DNA of 64,000 nucleotides from Octopus sinensis (Eukaryota), in NCBI RefSeq assembly GCF_006345805.1, contig NW_021835975.1, forward strand, positions 1,655 through 65,654, in the 5' to 3' direction. This document shows positions 15,501-31,422 of this stretch, piece after piece. Made by a program: the position numbers and the translations under genes. The notes below the pieces were generated by a model. The model was not told the origin of the DNA, searched no databases, and saw only the letters and a program-made list of their open reading frames with translations. Each line of letters starts with the position of its first letter. Position 1 is the stretch's first letter.

Positions 15501-18500
15501 AGAGCGTGGTTGATGCTATGTCTACGGAACGAACACACATACACAGAGCGTGGTTGATGCTATGTCTACGGAACGAACACACGTACACAGAGCGTGGTTG
15601 ATGCTATGTCTACGGAACGAACACACGTACACAGAGCGTGGTTGATGCTATGTCTACGGAACGAACACACATACACAGAGCGTGGTTGATGCTATGTCTA
15701 CGGAACGAACACACGTACACACAGAGCGTGGTTGATGCTATGTCTACGGAACGAACACACGTACACAGACAGATTGATGTTTATGCTATGCAGACAGAAC
15801 GAACACACATACACACAGAGCGTGGTTGATGCTATGTCTACGGAACGAACACACGAACACAGACAGATTGATGTTTATGCTATGCAGACAGAACGAACAC
15901 ACATACACAGAGCGTGGTTGATGCTATGTCTACGGAACGAACACACGTACACAGACAGATTCATGTTTATGCTATGCAGACAGAACGAACACACATACAG
16001 AGCGTGGTTGATGCTATGTCTACGGAACGAACACACGTACACAGACAGATTGATGTTTATGCTATGCAGACAGAACGAACACACATACACAGATCGTGGT
16101 TGATGCTATGTCTACGAACGAACACACGTACACAGACAGATTGATGTTTATGCTATGCAGACAGAACGAACACACATACACAGAGCGTGGTTGATGCTAT
16201 GTCTACGGAACGAACACACGTACACAGACAGATTGATGTTTATGCTATGCAGACAGAACGAACACACATACACAGATCGTGGTTGATGCTATGTCTACTG
16301 AACGAACACACGTACACAGACAGATTGATGTTTATGCTATGCAGACAGAACGAACACACATACACAGAGCGTGGTTGATGCTATGTCTACGGAACGAACA
16401 CACGTACACAGACAGATTGATGTTTATGCTATGCAGACAGAACGAACACACATACACAGAGCGTGGTTGATGCTATGTCTACGGAACGAACACACGAACA
16501 CAGACAGATTGATGTTTATGCTATGCAGACAGAACGAACACACATACACAGAGCGTGGTTGATGCTATGTCTACGGAACGAACAACGTACACAGACAGAT
16601 TGATGTTTATGCTATGCAGACAGAACGAACACACATACACAGAGCGTGGCTGATGCTATGTCTACGGAACGAACACACGTACACAGACAGATTGATGTTT
16701 ATGCTATGCAGACGGAACGAACACACATACACAGAGCGTGGTTGATGCTATGTCTACGGAACGAACACACGAACACAGACAGATTGATGTTTATGCTATG
16801 CAGACAGAACGAACACACATACACAGAGCGTGGTTGATGCTATGTCTACGGAACGAACACACGAACACAGACAGATTGATGTTTATGCTATGCAGACGGA
16901 ACGAACACACATACACAGAGCGTGGTTGATGCTATGTCTACGGAACGAACACACGTACACAGACAGATTGATGTTTATGCTATGCAGACGGAACGAACAC
17001 ACATACACAGAGCGTGGTTGATGCTATGTCTACGGAACGAACACACGTACACAGACAGATTGATGTTTATGCTATGCAGACGGAACGAACACACATACAC
17101 AGAGCGTGGTTGATGCTATGTCTACGGAACGAACACACGTACACAGACAGATTGATGTTTATGCTATGCAGACGGAACGAACACACATACACAGAGCGTG
17201 GTTGATGCTATGTCTACGGAACGAACACACGTACACAGACAGATTGATGTTTATGCTATGCAGACGGAACGAACACACATACACAGAGCGTGGTTGATGC
17301 TATGTCTACGGAACGAACACACGTACACAGACAGATTGATGTTTATGCTATGCAGACGGAACGAACACACATACACAGAGCGTGGTTGATGCTATGTCTA
17401 CGGAACGAACACACGTACACAGACAGATTGATGTTTATGCTATGCAGACGGAACGAACACATATACACAGAGCGTGGTTGATGCTATGTCTACGGAACGA
17501 ACACACGTACACAGACAGATTGATGTTTATGCTATGCAGACGGAACGAACACACATACACAGAGCGTGGTTGATGCTATGTCTACGGAACGAACACACGT
17601 ACACAGACAGATTGATGTTTATGCTATGCAGACGGAACGAACGCACATACACAGAGCGTGGTTGATGCTATGTCTACGGAACGAACACACGTACACAGAC
17701 AGATTGATGTTTATGCTATGCAGACGGAACGAACACACATACACAGAGCGTGGTTGATGCTATGTCTACGGAACGAACACACGTACACAGACAGATTGAT
17801 GTTTATGCTATGCAGACAGAACGAACACACATACACAGAGCGTTGTTGATGCTATGTAGACGGAACGAACACACGTACACAGACAGATTGATGTTTATGC
17901 TATGCAGACGGAACAAACACACATACACAGAGCGTGGTTGATGCTATGTAGACGGAACGAACACACGTACACAGACAGATTGATGTTTATGCTATGCAGA
18001 CAGAACGAACACACATACACAGAGCGAGGTTGATGCTATGTCTACGGAACGAACACACGTACACAGACAGATTGATGTTTATGCTATGCAGACGGAACGA
18101 ACGCACATACACAGAGCGTGGTTGATGCTATGTCTACGGAACGAACACACGTACACAGACAGATTGATGTTTATGCTATGCAGACAGAGACAGAACGAAC
18201 ACACATACACAGAGCGGGGTTGATGCTATGTCTACGGAACGAACACACGTACACAGACAGATTGATGTTTATGCTATGCAGACAGAACGAACACACATAC
18301 ACAGAGCGTGGTTGATGCTATGTCTACGGAACGAACACACGTACACAGACAGATTGATGTTTATGCTATGCAGACAGAACGAACACACATACACAGAGCG
18401 TGGTTGATGCTATGTAAACGGAACGAACACACGTACACAGACAGATTGATGTTTATGCTATGCAGACAGAACGACCACACATACACAGAGCGTGGTTGAT

Positions 18501-21500
18501 GCTATGTCACGGAACGAACACACGTACACAGACAGATTGATGTTTATGCTATGTAGACAGAACGAACACACATACACAGAGCGTGGTTGATGCTATGTCT
18601 ACGGAACGAACACACGTACACAGACAGATTGATGTTTATGCTATGCAGACGAACGAACACACATACACAGAGCGTGGTTGATGCTATGTCTACGGAACGA
18701 ACACACGTACACAGACAGATTGATGTTTATGCTATGCAGACGGAACGAACACACATACACAGAGCGTGGTTGATGCTATGTCAACGGAACGAACACACGT
18801 ACACAGACAGATTGATGTTTATGCTATGCAGACGGAACGAACACACATACACAGAGCGTGGTTGATGCTATGTCTACGGAACGAACACACGTACACACAG
18901 ATTGATGTTTATGCTATGCAGACGGAACGAACACACATACACAGAGCGTGGTTGATGCTATGTCTACGGAACGAACACACGTACACAGACAGATTGATGT
19001 TTATGCTATGCAGACAGAACGAACACACACATACAGAGCGTGGTTGATGCTATGTCTACGGAACGAACACACGTACACAGACAGATTGATGTTTATGCTA
19101 TGTAGACAGAACGAACACACATACACAGAGCGTGGTTGATGCTATGTCTACGGAACGAACACACGTACACAGACAGATTGATGTTTATGCTATGCAGACG
19201 GAACGAACACACATACACAGAGCGTGGTTGATGCTATGTCTACGGAACGAACACACGTACACAGACAGATTGATGTTTATGCTATGCAGACGGAACGAAC
19301 ACACATACACAGAGCGTGGTTGATGCTATGTCTACGGAACGAACACACGTACACAGACAGATTGATGTTTATGCTATGCAGACAGAACGAACACACATAC
19401 ACAGAGCGTGGTTGATGCTATGTCTACGGAACGAACACACGTACACAGACAGATTGATGTTTATGCTATGCAGACAGAACGAACACACATACACAGAGCG
19501 TGGTTGATGCTATGTAAACGGAACGAACACACGTACACAGACAGATTGATGTTTATGCTATGCAGACAGAACGAACACACATACACAGAGCGTGGTTGAT
19601 GCTATGTCTACGGAACGAACACACGTACACAGACAGATTGATGTTTATGCTATGCAGACAGAACGAACACATACACAGAGCGTGGTTGATGCTATGTCTA
19701 CGGAACGAACACACGTACACAGACAGATTGATGTTATGCTATGCAGACAGAACGAACACACATACACAGATCGTGGTTGATGCTATGTCTACGGAACGAA
19801 CACACGTACACAGACAGATTGATGTTTATGCTATGCAGACAGAACGAACACACATACACAGAGCGTGGTTGATGCTATGTCTACGGAACGAACACACACA
19901 CAGAGCGTGGTTGATGCTATGTCTACGGAACGAACACACGTACACAGAGCGTGGTTGATGCTATGTCTACGGAACGAAAACACACATACACAGAGCGTGG
20001 TTGATGCTATGTCTACGGAACGAACACACGTACAGAGAGCGTGGTTGATGCTGCTGTCTACGGAACGAACACAACAGTACACAGAGCGTGGTTGATGCTA
20101 TGTCTACGGAACGAACACACATACACAGAGCGTGGTTGATGCTATGTCTACGGAACGAACACACGTACACAGAGCGTGGTTGATGCTATGTCTACGGAAC
20201 GAACACACGTACACAGACAGATTGATGTTTATGCTATGCAGACAGAGAACGAACAACATACACACGAGCGTGGTTGATGCTATGTCTACGGAACGAACAC
20301 ACGTACACAGACAGATTGATGTTTATGCTATGCAGACAGAACGAACACACATACACAGAGCGTGGTTGATGCTATGTCTACGGAACGAACACACGTACAC
20401 AGACAGATTGATGTTTATGCTATGTAGACAGAACGAACACACATACACAGAGCGTGGTTGATGCTATGTGTTACGGAACAACGAACACACGTACACAGAC
20501 AGATGATGTTTATGCTATGCAGACAGAACGAACACACATACACAGAGCGTGGTTGATGCTATGTCTACGGAACGAACACACGTACACAGACAGATTGATG
20601 TTTATGCTATGCAGACAGAACGAACACACATACACAGATCGTGGTTGATGCTATGTCTACGGAACGAACACACGTACACAGACAGATTGATGTTTATGCT
20701 ATCAGACAGAACGAACACACATACACAGAGCGTGGTGTGCTGATATGTCTACGGAACGAACAACACGTAACAGACAGATTGATGTTTATGCTATGCAGAC
20801 AGAACGAACACACATACACAGAGCGTGGTTGATGATGCTATGTCTGCGGAACGAACACACGTACACAGACAGATTGATGTTTATGCTATGCAGACAGAAC
20901 GAACACACATACACAGAGCGTGGTTGATGCTATGTCTACGGAACGAACACACGTACACAGACAGATTGATGTTTATGCTATGCAGACAGAACGAACACAC
21001 ATACACAGAGCGTGGTTGATGCTATGTCTACGGAACGAACACATACACAGAGCGTGGTTGATGCTATGTCTACGAACGAACACACGTACAAGACAGATTG
21101 ATGTTTATGCTATGCAGACAGAACGAACACACATACACAGAGCGTGGTTGATGCTATGTCTACGGAACGAACACACGTACACAGACAGATTGATGTTTAT
21201 GCTATGCAGACAGAACGAACACACATACACAGAGCGTTGTTGATGCTATGTCTACGGAACGAACACACGTACACAGACAGATTGATGTTTATGCTATGCA
21301 GACAGAACGAACACACAACACACAGAGCGTGGTTGATGCTATGTCTACGGAACGAACACACGTACACAGACAGATTGATGTTTATGCTATGCAGACAGAA
21401 CGAACACACATACACAGAGCGTGGTTGATGCTATGTCTACGGAACGAACACACGTACACAGACAGATTGATGTTTATGCTATGCAGACAGAACGAACACA

Positions 21501-24500
21501 CATACACAGAGCGTGGTTGATGCTATGTCTACGGAACGAACACACGTACACAGACAGATTGATGTTTATGCTATGCAGACAGAACGAACACACATACACA
21601 AAGCGTGGTTGATGCTATGTCTACGGAACGAACACACGTACACAGACAGATTGATGTTTATGCTATGCAGACAGAACGAACACACATACACAAAGCGTGG
21701 TTGATGCTATGTCTACGGAACGAACACACGTACACAGACAGATTGATGTTTATGCTATGCAGACAGAACGAACACACATACACAAAGCGTTGTTGATGCT
21801 ATGTCTACGGAACGAACACACGTACACAGACAGATTGATGTTTATGCTATGCAGACAGAACGAACACACATACACAGAGCGTGGTTGATGCTATGTCTAC
21901 GGAACGAACACACGTACACAGACAGATTGTTTTATGCTATGCAGACAGAACGAACACACATACACAAAGCGTGGTTGATGCTATGTCTACGGAACGAACA
22001 CACGTACACAGACAGATTGATGTTTATGCTATGCAGACAGAACGAACACACATACACAGAGCGTGGTTGATGCTATGTCTACGGAACGAACACACGTACA
22101 CAGACAGATTGATGTTTATGCTATGCAGACAGAACGAACACACATACACAGAGTGGTTGATGATGCTATGTCTACGGAACGAACACACGTACACAGACAG
22201 ATTGATGTTTATGCTATGCAGACAGAACGAACACACATACACAGAGCGTGGTTGATGCTATGTCTACGGAACGAACACACGTACACAGACAGATTGATGT
22301 TTATGCTATTCAGACAGAACGAACACACATACACAGAGCGTGGTTGATGCTATGTCTACGGAACGAACACACGTACACAGACAGATTGATGTTTATGCTA
22401 TGCAGACAGAACGAACACACATACACAGAGCGTGGTTGATGCTATGTCTACGGAACGAACACACGTACACAGACAGATTGATGTTTATGCTATGCAGACG
22501 GAACGAACACACATACACAGAGCGTGGTTGATGCTATGTCTACGGAACGAACACACGTACACAGACAGATTGATGTTTATGCTATGCAGACGAACGAACG
22601 CACATACACAGAGCGTGGTTGATGCTATGTCTACGGAACGAACACACGAACACAGACAGATTGATGTTTATGCTATGCAGACGGAACGAACACACATACA
22701 CAGAGCGTGGTTGATGCTATGTCTACGGAACGAACACACGTACACAGACAGATTGATGTTTATGCTATGCAGACGGAACGAACACACATACACAGAGCGT
22801 GGTTGATGCTATGTCTACGGAACGAACACACACTACACAGACAGATTGATGTTTATGCTATGCAGACGGAACGAACACACATACACAGAGCGTGGTTGAT
22901 GCTATGTCTACGGAACGAACACACGTACACAGACAGATTGATGTTTATGCTATGCAGACGGAACGAACACACATACACAGAGCGTGGTTGATGCTATGTC
23001 TACGGAACGAACACACGTACACAGACAGATTGATGTTTATGCTATGCAGACACGAACGAACACACATACACAGAGCGTGGTTGATGCTATGTCTACGGAA
23101 CGAACACACGTACACAGACAGATTGATGTTTATGCTATGCAGACGGAACGAACACACATACACAGAGCGTGGTTGATGCTATGTCTACGGAACGAACACA
23201 CGTACACAGACAGATTGATGTTTATGCTATGCAGACGGAACGAACACACATACACAGAGCGTGGTTGATGCTATGTCTACGGAACGAACACACGTACACA
23301 GACAGATTGATGTTTATGCTATGCAGACGGAACGAACACACATACACAGAGCGTGGTTGATGCTATGTCTACGGAACGAACACACGTACACAGACAGATT
23401 GATGTTTATGCTATGCAGACGAACGAACACACATACACAGAGCGTGGTTGATGCTATGTCTACGGAACGAACACACGTACACAGACAGATTGATGTTTAT
23501 GCTATGCAGACGAACGAACACATACACAGAGCGTGGTTGATGCTATGTCTACGGAACGAACACACGTACACAGACAGATTGATGTTTATGCTATGCAGAC
23601 GAACGAACACACATACACAGAGCGTGGTTGATGCTATGTCTACGGAACGAACACACGTACACAGACAGATTGATGTTTATGCTATGCAGACGGAACGAAC
23701 GCACATACACAGAGCGTGGTTGATGCTATGTCTACGGAACGAACACACGTACACAGACAGATTGATGTTTATGCTATGCAGACGGAACAAACACACATAC
23801 ACAGAGCGTGGTTGATGCTATGTCTACGGAACGAACACACGTACACAGACAGATTGATGTTTATGCTATGCAGACGGAACGAACACACATACACAGAGCG
23901 TGGTTGATGCTATGTAGACGGAACGAACACACGTACACAGACAGATTGATGTTTATGCTATGCAGACAGAACGAACACACATACACAGAGCGAGGTGATG
24001 CTATGTCTACGGAACGAACACACGTACACAGACAGATTGATGTTTATCGCTATGCAGACGGAACGAACAGCACATACACAGAGCGTGGTTGATGCTATGT
24101 CTACGGAACGAACACACACGTACACAGACAGAATTGATGTTATGCTATGCAGACGGAACAAACACACATACACAGAGCGTGGTTGATGCTATGTAGACGG
24201 AACGAACACACGTACACAGACAGAATGATGTTTATGCTATGCAGACGGAACAAAAACACACATACACAGAGCGTGGTTGATGCTATGTCTACGGAACGAA
24301 CACACGTACACAGACAGATTGATGTTTTGGCTATGCAGACAGAACGAACACACATACACAGAGCGTGGTTGATGCTATGTCTACGGAACGAACACACGTA
24401 CACAGACAGATTGATGTTTATGCTATGCAGACAGAACGAACACATACACAGAGCGTGGTTGATGCTATGTCACGGAACGAACACACGTACACAGACAGAT

Positions 24501-25580
24501 TGATGTTTATGCTATGCAACAGAACGAACACACATACACAGACGTTGTTGATGCTATGTCAACGGAACGAACACACGTACACAGACAGATTGATGTTTAT
24601 GCTATGTCAACGGAACGAACACACGTACACAGACAGATTGATTTTATGCTATGTCAACGGAACGAACACACGTACACAGACAGATTGGTGTTTATGCTAT
24701 GTCAACGGAACGAACACACGTACACAGACAGATTGATGTTTGCTATGTCAACGGAACGAACACACGTACACAGACAGATTGGTGTTTGTGCTATGCAGAC
24801 AGAACGAACACACATACACAGAGCGTGGTTGATGCTATGTCTACGGAACGAACACACGTACACAGACAGATTGATGTTTATGCTATGTCAACGGAACGAA
24901 CACACGTACACAGAAGATTGGTGTTTATGCTATGTCAACGGAACGAACACACGTACACACAGATTGGTGTTTATATGCTATGTCAACGGAACGAACACAC
25001 GTACACAGACAGATTGATGTTTATGCTATGTCACGGAACGAACACACGTACACAGACAGATTGGTGTTTGTGCTATGCAGACAGAACGAACACACATACA
25101 CAGAGCGTGGTTGATGCTATGTCTACGGAACGAACACACGTACACAGACAGATTGATGTTTATGCTATGTCACGGAACGAACACACGTACACAGACAGAT
25201 GGTGTTATGCTATGTCAACGGAACGAACACACGTACACAGACAGATTGGTGTTTATGCTATGTCAACGGAACGAACACACGTACACAGACAGATTGATGT
25301 TTATGCTATGTCAACGGAACGAACACACGTACACAGACAGATTGGTGTTTGTGCTATGCAGACAGAACGAACACACATACACAGAGCGTGGTTGATGCTA
25401 TGTCTACGGAACGAACACACGTACACAGACAGATTGATGTTTATGCTATGTCAACGGAACGAACACACGTACACAGACAGATTGGTGTTTATGCTATGTC
25501 AACGGAACGAACACACGTACACAGACAGATTGATGTTTGTGCTATGCAGACAGAACGAACACACATACACAGAGCGTGGT
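6579..25580. repeat. ~19 kb satellite array, 92-bp dimeric unit (43+49 bp related subunits), about 200 copies
   Basis: Consensus gtggttgatgctatgtctacggaacgaacacacgtacacagacagattgatgtttatgctatgcagacagaacgaacacacatacacagagc; ORF starts in the track step by exactly 92 bp. Confidence 0.99.
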
Positions 25581-26629
25581 CGGCAAGGTCGAGTATTCTC
25601 CCTTTGACCAGTCCCGCGAGCATGTCCGTTAGGAGCTGAGTGACGAATGCTGTCCTCCCTGCTCTGCTCTCTCTATCATTCCTATCCACCCTCCCTCCTT
25701 CTATGTACCCATGTACTCCCTAGTCTCTGCCTCCGCTACCTACTCGCGTTCCCTTGGCAACGTCCTGCCACTTATATCGTAGCCTCCCTCTACCTCGTCG
25801 CTATTCCCCTGTCACATGCTGCCTTTTATCTCTCTCTGTCTTTCTTTCTTACTCTATCACCCTTTCTATGTTCTGCCCTCCCCTGGCACTTCACCATCAT
25901 CGTTCTCCTGCTCTCTCTAGCACTCTCTCTCTTCCTCTTTTTCCCCTCCTCTTTCTCTCTAACCATGCATCTCCTCTACTGCAACACACTTGCTTTCGTT
26001 CTCTCTCCCTCCCACTCCCCCTTTCATCTTTCATTTTCTCTCTCTCCGTCTGCGTTTCCCCATCGCTCCCTCTGTCTCTCGCCATCTCGCCCTCTCCACT
26101 CTTTTCTCCCTCACTCTCTCTCCGTCTTCCCTCTCATTCTATTTCTCCTCTCTCTCACTCTCCCTCCCCCTCTCTTTCTCTTCTCCTCTCTCCCTCCCTC
26201 TTTCTCTCTCTGCCTCTGCTCTTTCACTCCATCCCTCTCATTCACTTTCTTACCCTCTCTCCCTCTCTCTCTCCCACCCTCTCTCTCTCCCACCCTCTCT
26301 ATCTTTCACCCTCTCTCTCATCTTACTTCCACCCTCCCCTTCTCCCTCCCTTCATATCTTACACCCTCTCCCCCTCCCTCCTTCTCCCTTTTTTCCTCTC
26401 TCTCTCACCTTCACTCTCTCTGAATGAGTAACCTTTCACCCCGCCACAGCGAGACACCTGTTTCTGCCTTTCTATCTCACTCTAACCTTTCCTCATCCGA
26501 CACAAGATCCCCTCCTCCAATGTCCCCTCCCCCTCACAGAATTCCTTGTCTTCCAACTTATTTGGTGACCCTGCCGGTGCTGGTGCCACATAAAAACCAC
26601 TCAGTCCATTCTGCTGAGTGGTTGGCGTT

Positions 26630-27197
26630 AGGAAAGTTTTATCAAATGTTGTATGTCGTCTGCATCAAATGTTGTATGTCGTCTGCACTGGATGACGTTG
26701 TATGGAAAGATGAAATGAATGAAAGGGAATCGTCTGATTTTGACTATGAATCTGACGATGACGGAGATTTACACAACAATGATGCTGACATGTTTAGGGA
26801 GGAACAAATGGAACAGTAGTAGTTGATGCTGAAAGAGACATTGAATTGAAGGATTTGAATAAATGGCTTTGCTTTTGTAACTGATAGTGATAAATATGTA
26901 AAGGCAATTTACTTAATATTTATTTTCCACTGACGTTATTACTGTTATTTCTTTATTTTCTGCAAACAACATGCACAAAAAAGCTACACGTTTGCATTAT
27001 GTTATGTATACAATAATAATAAATTACGTTACCGTATACATTCTTACAAACCAAGGACGTTATATACGACCTCCTTAACTCAAGTTAGAGAAGGGGTGCG
27101 TATTATACACAAGGATTAGGTTTTACAGAGATACAGCCCCCTAAAATTCCCCTGCGTATTATAATCAAGGGCGGAATATACTCGAGAATTTACGCTA
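26630..27197 (+). mobile_element. pogo/Tc2-like DNA transposon 3' remnant; shorter copies at ~28600-28908 and ~30980-31268
   Basis: IKCCMSSALDDVVW followed by an acidic tail resembles the pogo DDE transposase C-terminus; terminal ...tatactcgaggattcacggta TIR-like end. Confidence 0.55.
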
Positions 27198-27353
27198 AGG
27201 CGTCTAGAATATGGCAAATGCCTATGGAGGGTATTCTCTCGGTTGCACCTCGCTGAACGGTTTCCAGCTGGTTTTCAGTCGAATTAATCGACTAAATTTG
27301 TTCGAGGTGTTGCTCCAGCATAGCCACGGCCAACAACTGGAATAAGGATGAAT

Positions 27354-27517
27354 GTAGGAGTGGCCGTGTGGTAAGTAGCTTGCTTACCGACCACATGGTT
27401 CAGGGTTCAGTCCCACTACGTGGCACCTAGGTCAAGTGTCTTCTACGATAGTCTCGGGCCCTCAAATGCCTTGTGAGTGGATTTGGTAGAGAAGGAAACT
27501 GAAAGAAGCCCGTCGTA

Positions 27518-27562
<45 letters not shown>

Positions 27563-27652
27563 AAGTGCTTGTGTGTCTGTGTGTGTGTCCAACATCGCTA
27601 GACAACCGATGCTGGTGTGTTTACGTGACCGTAACTTAGCGGATCGGCAAAA
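27354..27652 (+). mobile_element. tRNA-derived SINE (octopus-type family), 3'-truncated
   Basis: Head ggagtggc(t/c)gtgtggtaagtagc (A box) ...ggttcagtccc (B box), core ccttgggcaagtgtcttct...ccttgtgagtggatttggtag. Confidence 0.85.
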
Positions 27653-27709
27653 CATATCAATATATATGTATATTGATATGTAGTTAAGTATATGTCCCCT
27701 CATAGAGTG

Positions 27710-28123
27710 GGATCTTTTCGGTTTGAAAGGCAGTTTTTTTTAAATGATTTCCATGTAACTAAACACTTTTAAACTTCGTATACTGGAAGAATGTGTTTAT
27801 AAAACATCTTTTTTTTCTTGGCTTTATTGAGAAAATTCTATGGTTTGTAAGATATTTGTTGATTTTTTCTTCAATTTCAGCAATATCAACCAATCAATGA
27901 CGTCTATTGAGGTAAAAAAAAACGTTCTTTGCCGTATGAATATGTCTCTCGCTTAAGAAACAGATTGGGTTTATTTGCATTTGTGAACAAAAAAGATACC
28001 CTCCCCCTAACCCTAGCCCTAAAACAGATTGAAATGCAATAGACCGATACTAGGGTCATAATTATGGGTGACAATTTCGTATGACACCGCTAGAAAAAAC
28101 TGCCGGTCAAACCGAAAAGATCC
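27710..28123. mobile_element. ~410-bp MITE with GGATCTTTTCGGTTTGA TIRs
   Basis: ggatcttttcggtttgaaaggcagttttt ... aaaaaactgccggtcaaaccgaaaagatcc. Confidence 0.88.
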
Positions 28124-29064
28124 ATTCGTATATTTAAGACACTTAACCCTATGAACGACTCAGCACCCTTAATGACGAGGGGGGGGGGCATATACTACTT
28201 GAAGTCGGCGGTAGAAATCCATTAGGGGCAGGTAATTAGTAAGCAAATAATAAACCTTGTTGGTCGGCAAGCTCGAGTATTCTCCCTTTGACCAGTGCCG
28301 TGAGCAAGTCCGTTATGAGCTGAGTGACGAATGCTGTCCTCCCTGCTCTGCTCTCTCTATCATTCCTATACCTCTCACTCCCTCTATATAACCATGTACT
28401 CACTTGTCTCTGCCTCCCGCTACCTACTCCTGCCAGTCGCTCCCATTCTCTCTCTCTCTCTCTCTCTTCCTTTACTCTATCACCCTTTCTATGTTTTGCC
28501 CTCCCCCGGCACGTCACCACCATCGCTCTGCGGCTCTCTCTATCTCTCTCCCTCCCCACTCTTTTCTCCCTCACTCTCTCTGCATCTTCCCTCTCTCTCT
28601 AGTGATAAATATGTAATGGCAATTTACTTAATAATTATTTTCACTGACATTATTAGTTATTTCTTTATTTTCTGCAAACAAAATGCACCAAAAGCTACAT
28701 GCTTGCATTATGTTATGTATACAATAATAATAAAGGACATTACCGTATACATTCTTACAAACCAAGGACGTTACATAGACCTCCTTGACTCAAGTTAGAA
28801 AAAGGGTGCATATTATACACAAAGTTTAGGTTTTACAGAGGTACAGCCCCCTTAAAGATCCCTTGCGTATTATACTCAAGGGCTCACTATACTCGAGGAT
28901 TCACGGTAAGGCGTCCAGAATACGACAAATGCCTATGGAGAGTTTTCTCTCGGTTGCACGTCGCTGAACGGTTTCCAGCTGGTTTTCAGTCGAATAAATC
29001 GACTAAATTTGTTCGAGGTGTTGCTCCAGCATTACCACGGCCCAACAACTGTAATAAGGATGCA

Positions 29065-29229
29065 GGTAGCAGTGGCTGTGTGGTAAGTAGCTTGCTTACC
29101 GAACACATGGTTCAGGGTTCAGTCCCACTACGTGGCACCTTGGTCAAGTGTCTTCTACGATAGTCTCGGGCCCACAAAAGCCTTGTGAGTGGATTTGGTA
29201 GAGAAGGAAACTGAAAGAAGCCCGTCGTA

Positions 29230-29286
<57 letters not shown>

Positions 29287-29376
29287 AAGTGCTTGTGTGT
29301 CTGTGTGTGTATCCAACATCGCTTGACAACCGATGCTGGTGTGTTTACGTGACCGTAACTTAGCGGATCGGCAAAA
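29065..29376 (+). mobile_element. tRNA-SINE copy
   Basis: Same family as 27354. Confidence 0.85.
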
Positions 29377-29437
29377 CATATCAACATATATATATATATA
29401 TTTATATGTAGTTAAGTATATGTCCCCTCATAGAGTG

Positions 29438-29855
29438 GGATCTTTTCGGTTTGAAAGGCAGTGTTTTTCTAAAATGATTTCCATGTAACTAAACACTTTT
29501 AAACTTCGTATACTGGTAGAATGTGTTTATAAAACATCTTTTTCTCTTGGCTTTATTGAGAAAATTCTATAGTTTGTAAGATATTTGTTGTTTTTTTTCT
29601 TCAATTTCAGCAATATCGACCAATCACTGACGTCTATTGAGGTAAAAGAAAAAACAATCTTTGCCGTATGAATTTGTCCCTCGTTTAAGAAACAGATTGG
29701 GTTTATTTACATTTCTGAATTAAAAAGATACCTTTCCCCCTAACTCTAGCCCTAAACAGATTGAAATGCAATAGATCGATTGTAGGGTCATAATTATGGG
29801 TGACAATTTCGTATGACACCGCTAGAAGAAACTGCCGGTCAAACCGAAAAGATCC
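29438..29855. mobile_element. GGATC-TIR MITE copy
   Basis: Both TIRs present. Confidence 0.88.
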
Positions 29856-31422
29856 ATTCGCATATATAAGACACTTAACCCTATGAACAACTCATCACCC
29901 TTAATGACGAGGGGGGGGGGGCATATACTACTTGAAGCTGGCGGTAGAAATCCATTAGGGGCAGGTAATTAGTGAACAAATAATAAACCTTGTTGGTCGG
30001 CAAACTCGAGTATTCTCCCTTTGACCGGTCCGTGAGCAAATTTGTTATGAGCCGAGTGACGAATGCTGTCCTCCCTGCTCTGCTCTCTCTATCATTCCTA
30101 TACCCCCTCCCTCCTTCTATATACCCATGCACTAATCTCTACCTCCCGCTACCTACTCGCGTTCCCTTGGCAATGTCCTGCCACTTATATCGTAGCCTCC
30201 CTCTACCTCGACGCTATTCTCCTGTCAATCGTTGCCATTTATCTCTCTCTCTCTCTCTCTTCCTTTTCTCTATCACCCTTTCTATGTTCTGCCCCCCCCA
30301 CCCCGGACGCTTTACCATCGTCGCTCTCCTGCTCTCCCTATCACTCTCTCTCTTCCTCTCTTTCCATCTCTCTCTCTCCCCTCTCCATCTTTCCTTCTGT
30401 CTCCCTCTGTCTTTCCTCCTCTCTCCCTCTGTCTCTCGCCCTCTCTCCTCTCCCCCTCTCCGCTTTTTCTCCCTCACTCTCTCTCCGTCCCCCACTCTTT
30501 CCATCTCTCCTCTCTCTCAACCTCTCTGCCTCTACTTCTATCTCCCTCAATCTTTCTCTCTCTGCCTCTAACCTCTCACTCTATCCCTCTCATTCACTTT
30601 CCTACCCTCTCTCCCTCTCTCTCTCTCCCACCATATCTCACTCTTACTTCCGCCCTGCCCCTTCCCCCTTTCTCCATCTCCCCCACCCTCTCCTCCTCTT
30701 ACTGACACCCCTCCCTCCCTCCGTCTTCCTCTTTCCCCTCTCTCTCACCTCCACTCTATGTGGCTGAGTAACCTTTCACCTCCCCTACGGCAAGACAGAC
30801 ACCTGTTTCTGTCTTTCTATCTCACTCTAACCTTTCATCATCCGACACAAGATGCCCTTCTCCAATGTCCCCTCCCCCTCTCAGAGTTCCTTGTCTTCCA
30901 AGTTGTTTGGTGACCCTGCCGGTGCTGGTGCCACATAAAAACCACTCAGTCCATTCTGCTGAGTGGTTGGCGTTAGGAAAGTTTTATCAAATGTTGTATG
31001 TCGTCTGCATCAAATGTTGTATGTCGTCTGCACTGGATGACAAAATGCACAAAAAGCTACACGTTTGCATTATGTTATGTATACAATAATAATAAGGACG
31101 TTACTGTATAAATGTTTACAAACCAAGGACGTTATATAGACTCCTTGACTCATGTTAGAAAAAGGGTGCGTATTATACACAAAGTTTAGGTTTTACAGAG
31201 GTACAGCCCCCTTAAAAATCCCTGCGTATTATACTCAAGGGCGGAATATACTCGAGGATTCACGTTAAGGCGTCCAGAATATGGCAAATGCCTATGGAGG
31301 GTATTCTCTCGGGTGCACGTCGCTGAACGTTTTCCTGCTGGTTTTCAGTCGAATAAATCGACTGAATTTGTTCGAGGTGTTGCTTCAGCATAACCACGGC
31401 CCAACAACTGTAATAAAGATGA

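Noticed and set aside
6579-25580. CRISPR-like repeat/spacer appearance
   Set aside because: No unique spacers, no cas genes, eukaryotic context
6551-25689. Hundreds of MVDAMSTERTH.../NEHTYTERG ORFs
   Set aside because: Translations of a 92-bp unit whose length is not a multiple of 3, with frequent indels; no coding signal
27354-27430. tRNA genes
   Set aside because: A/B boxes belong to SINE heads; no complete cloverleaf
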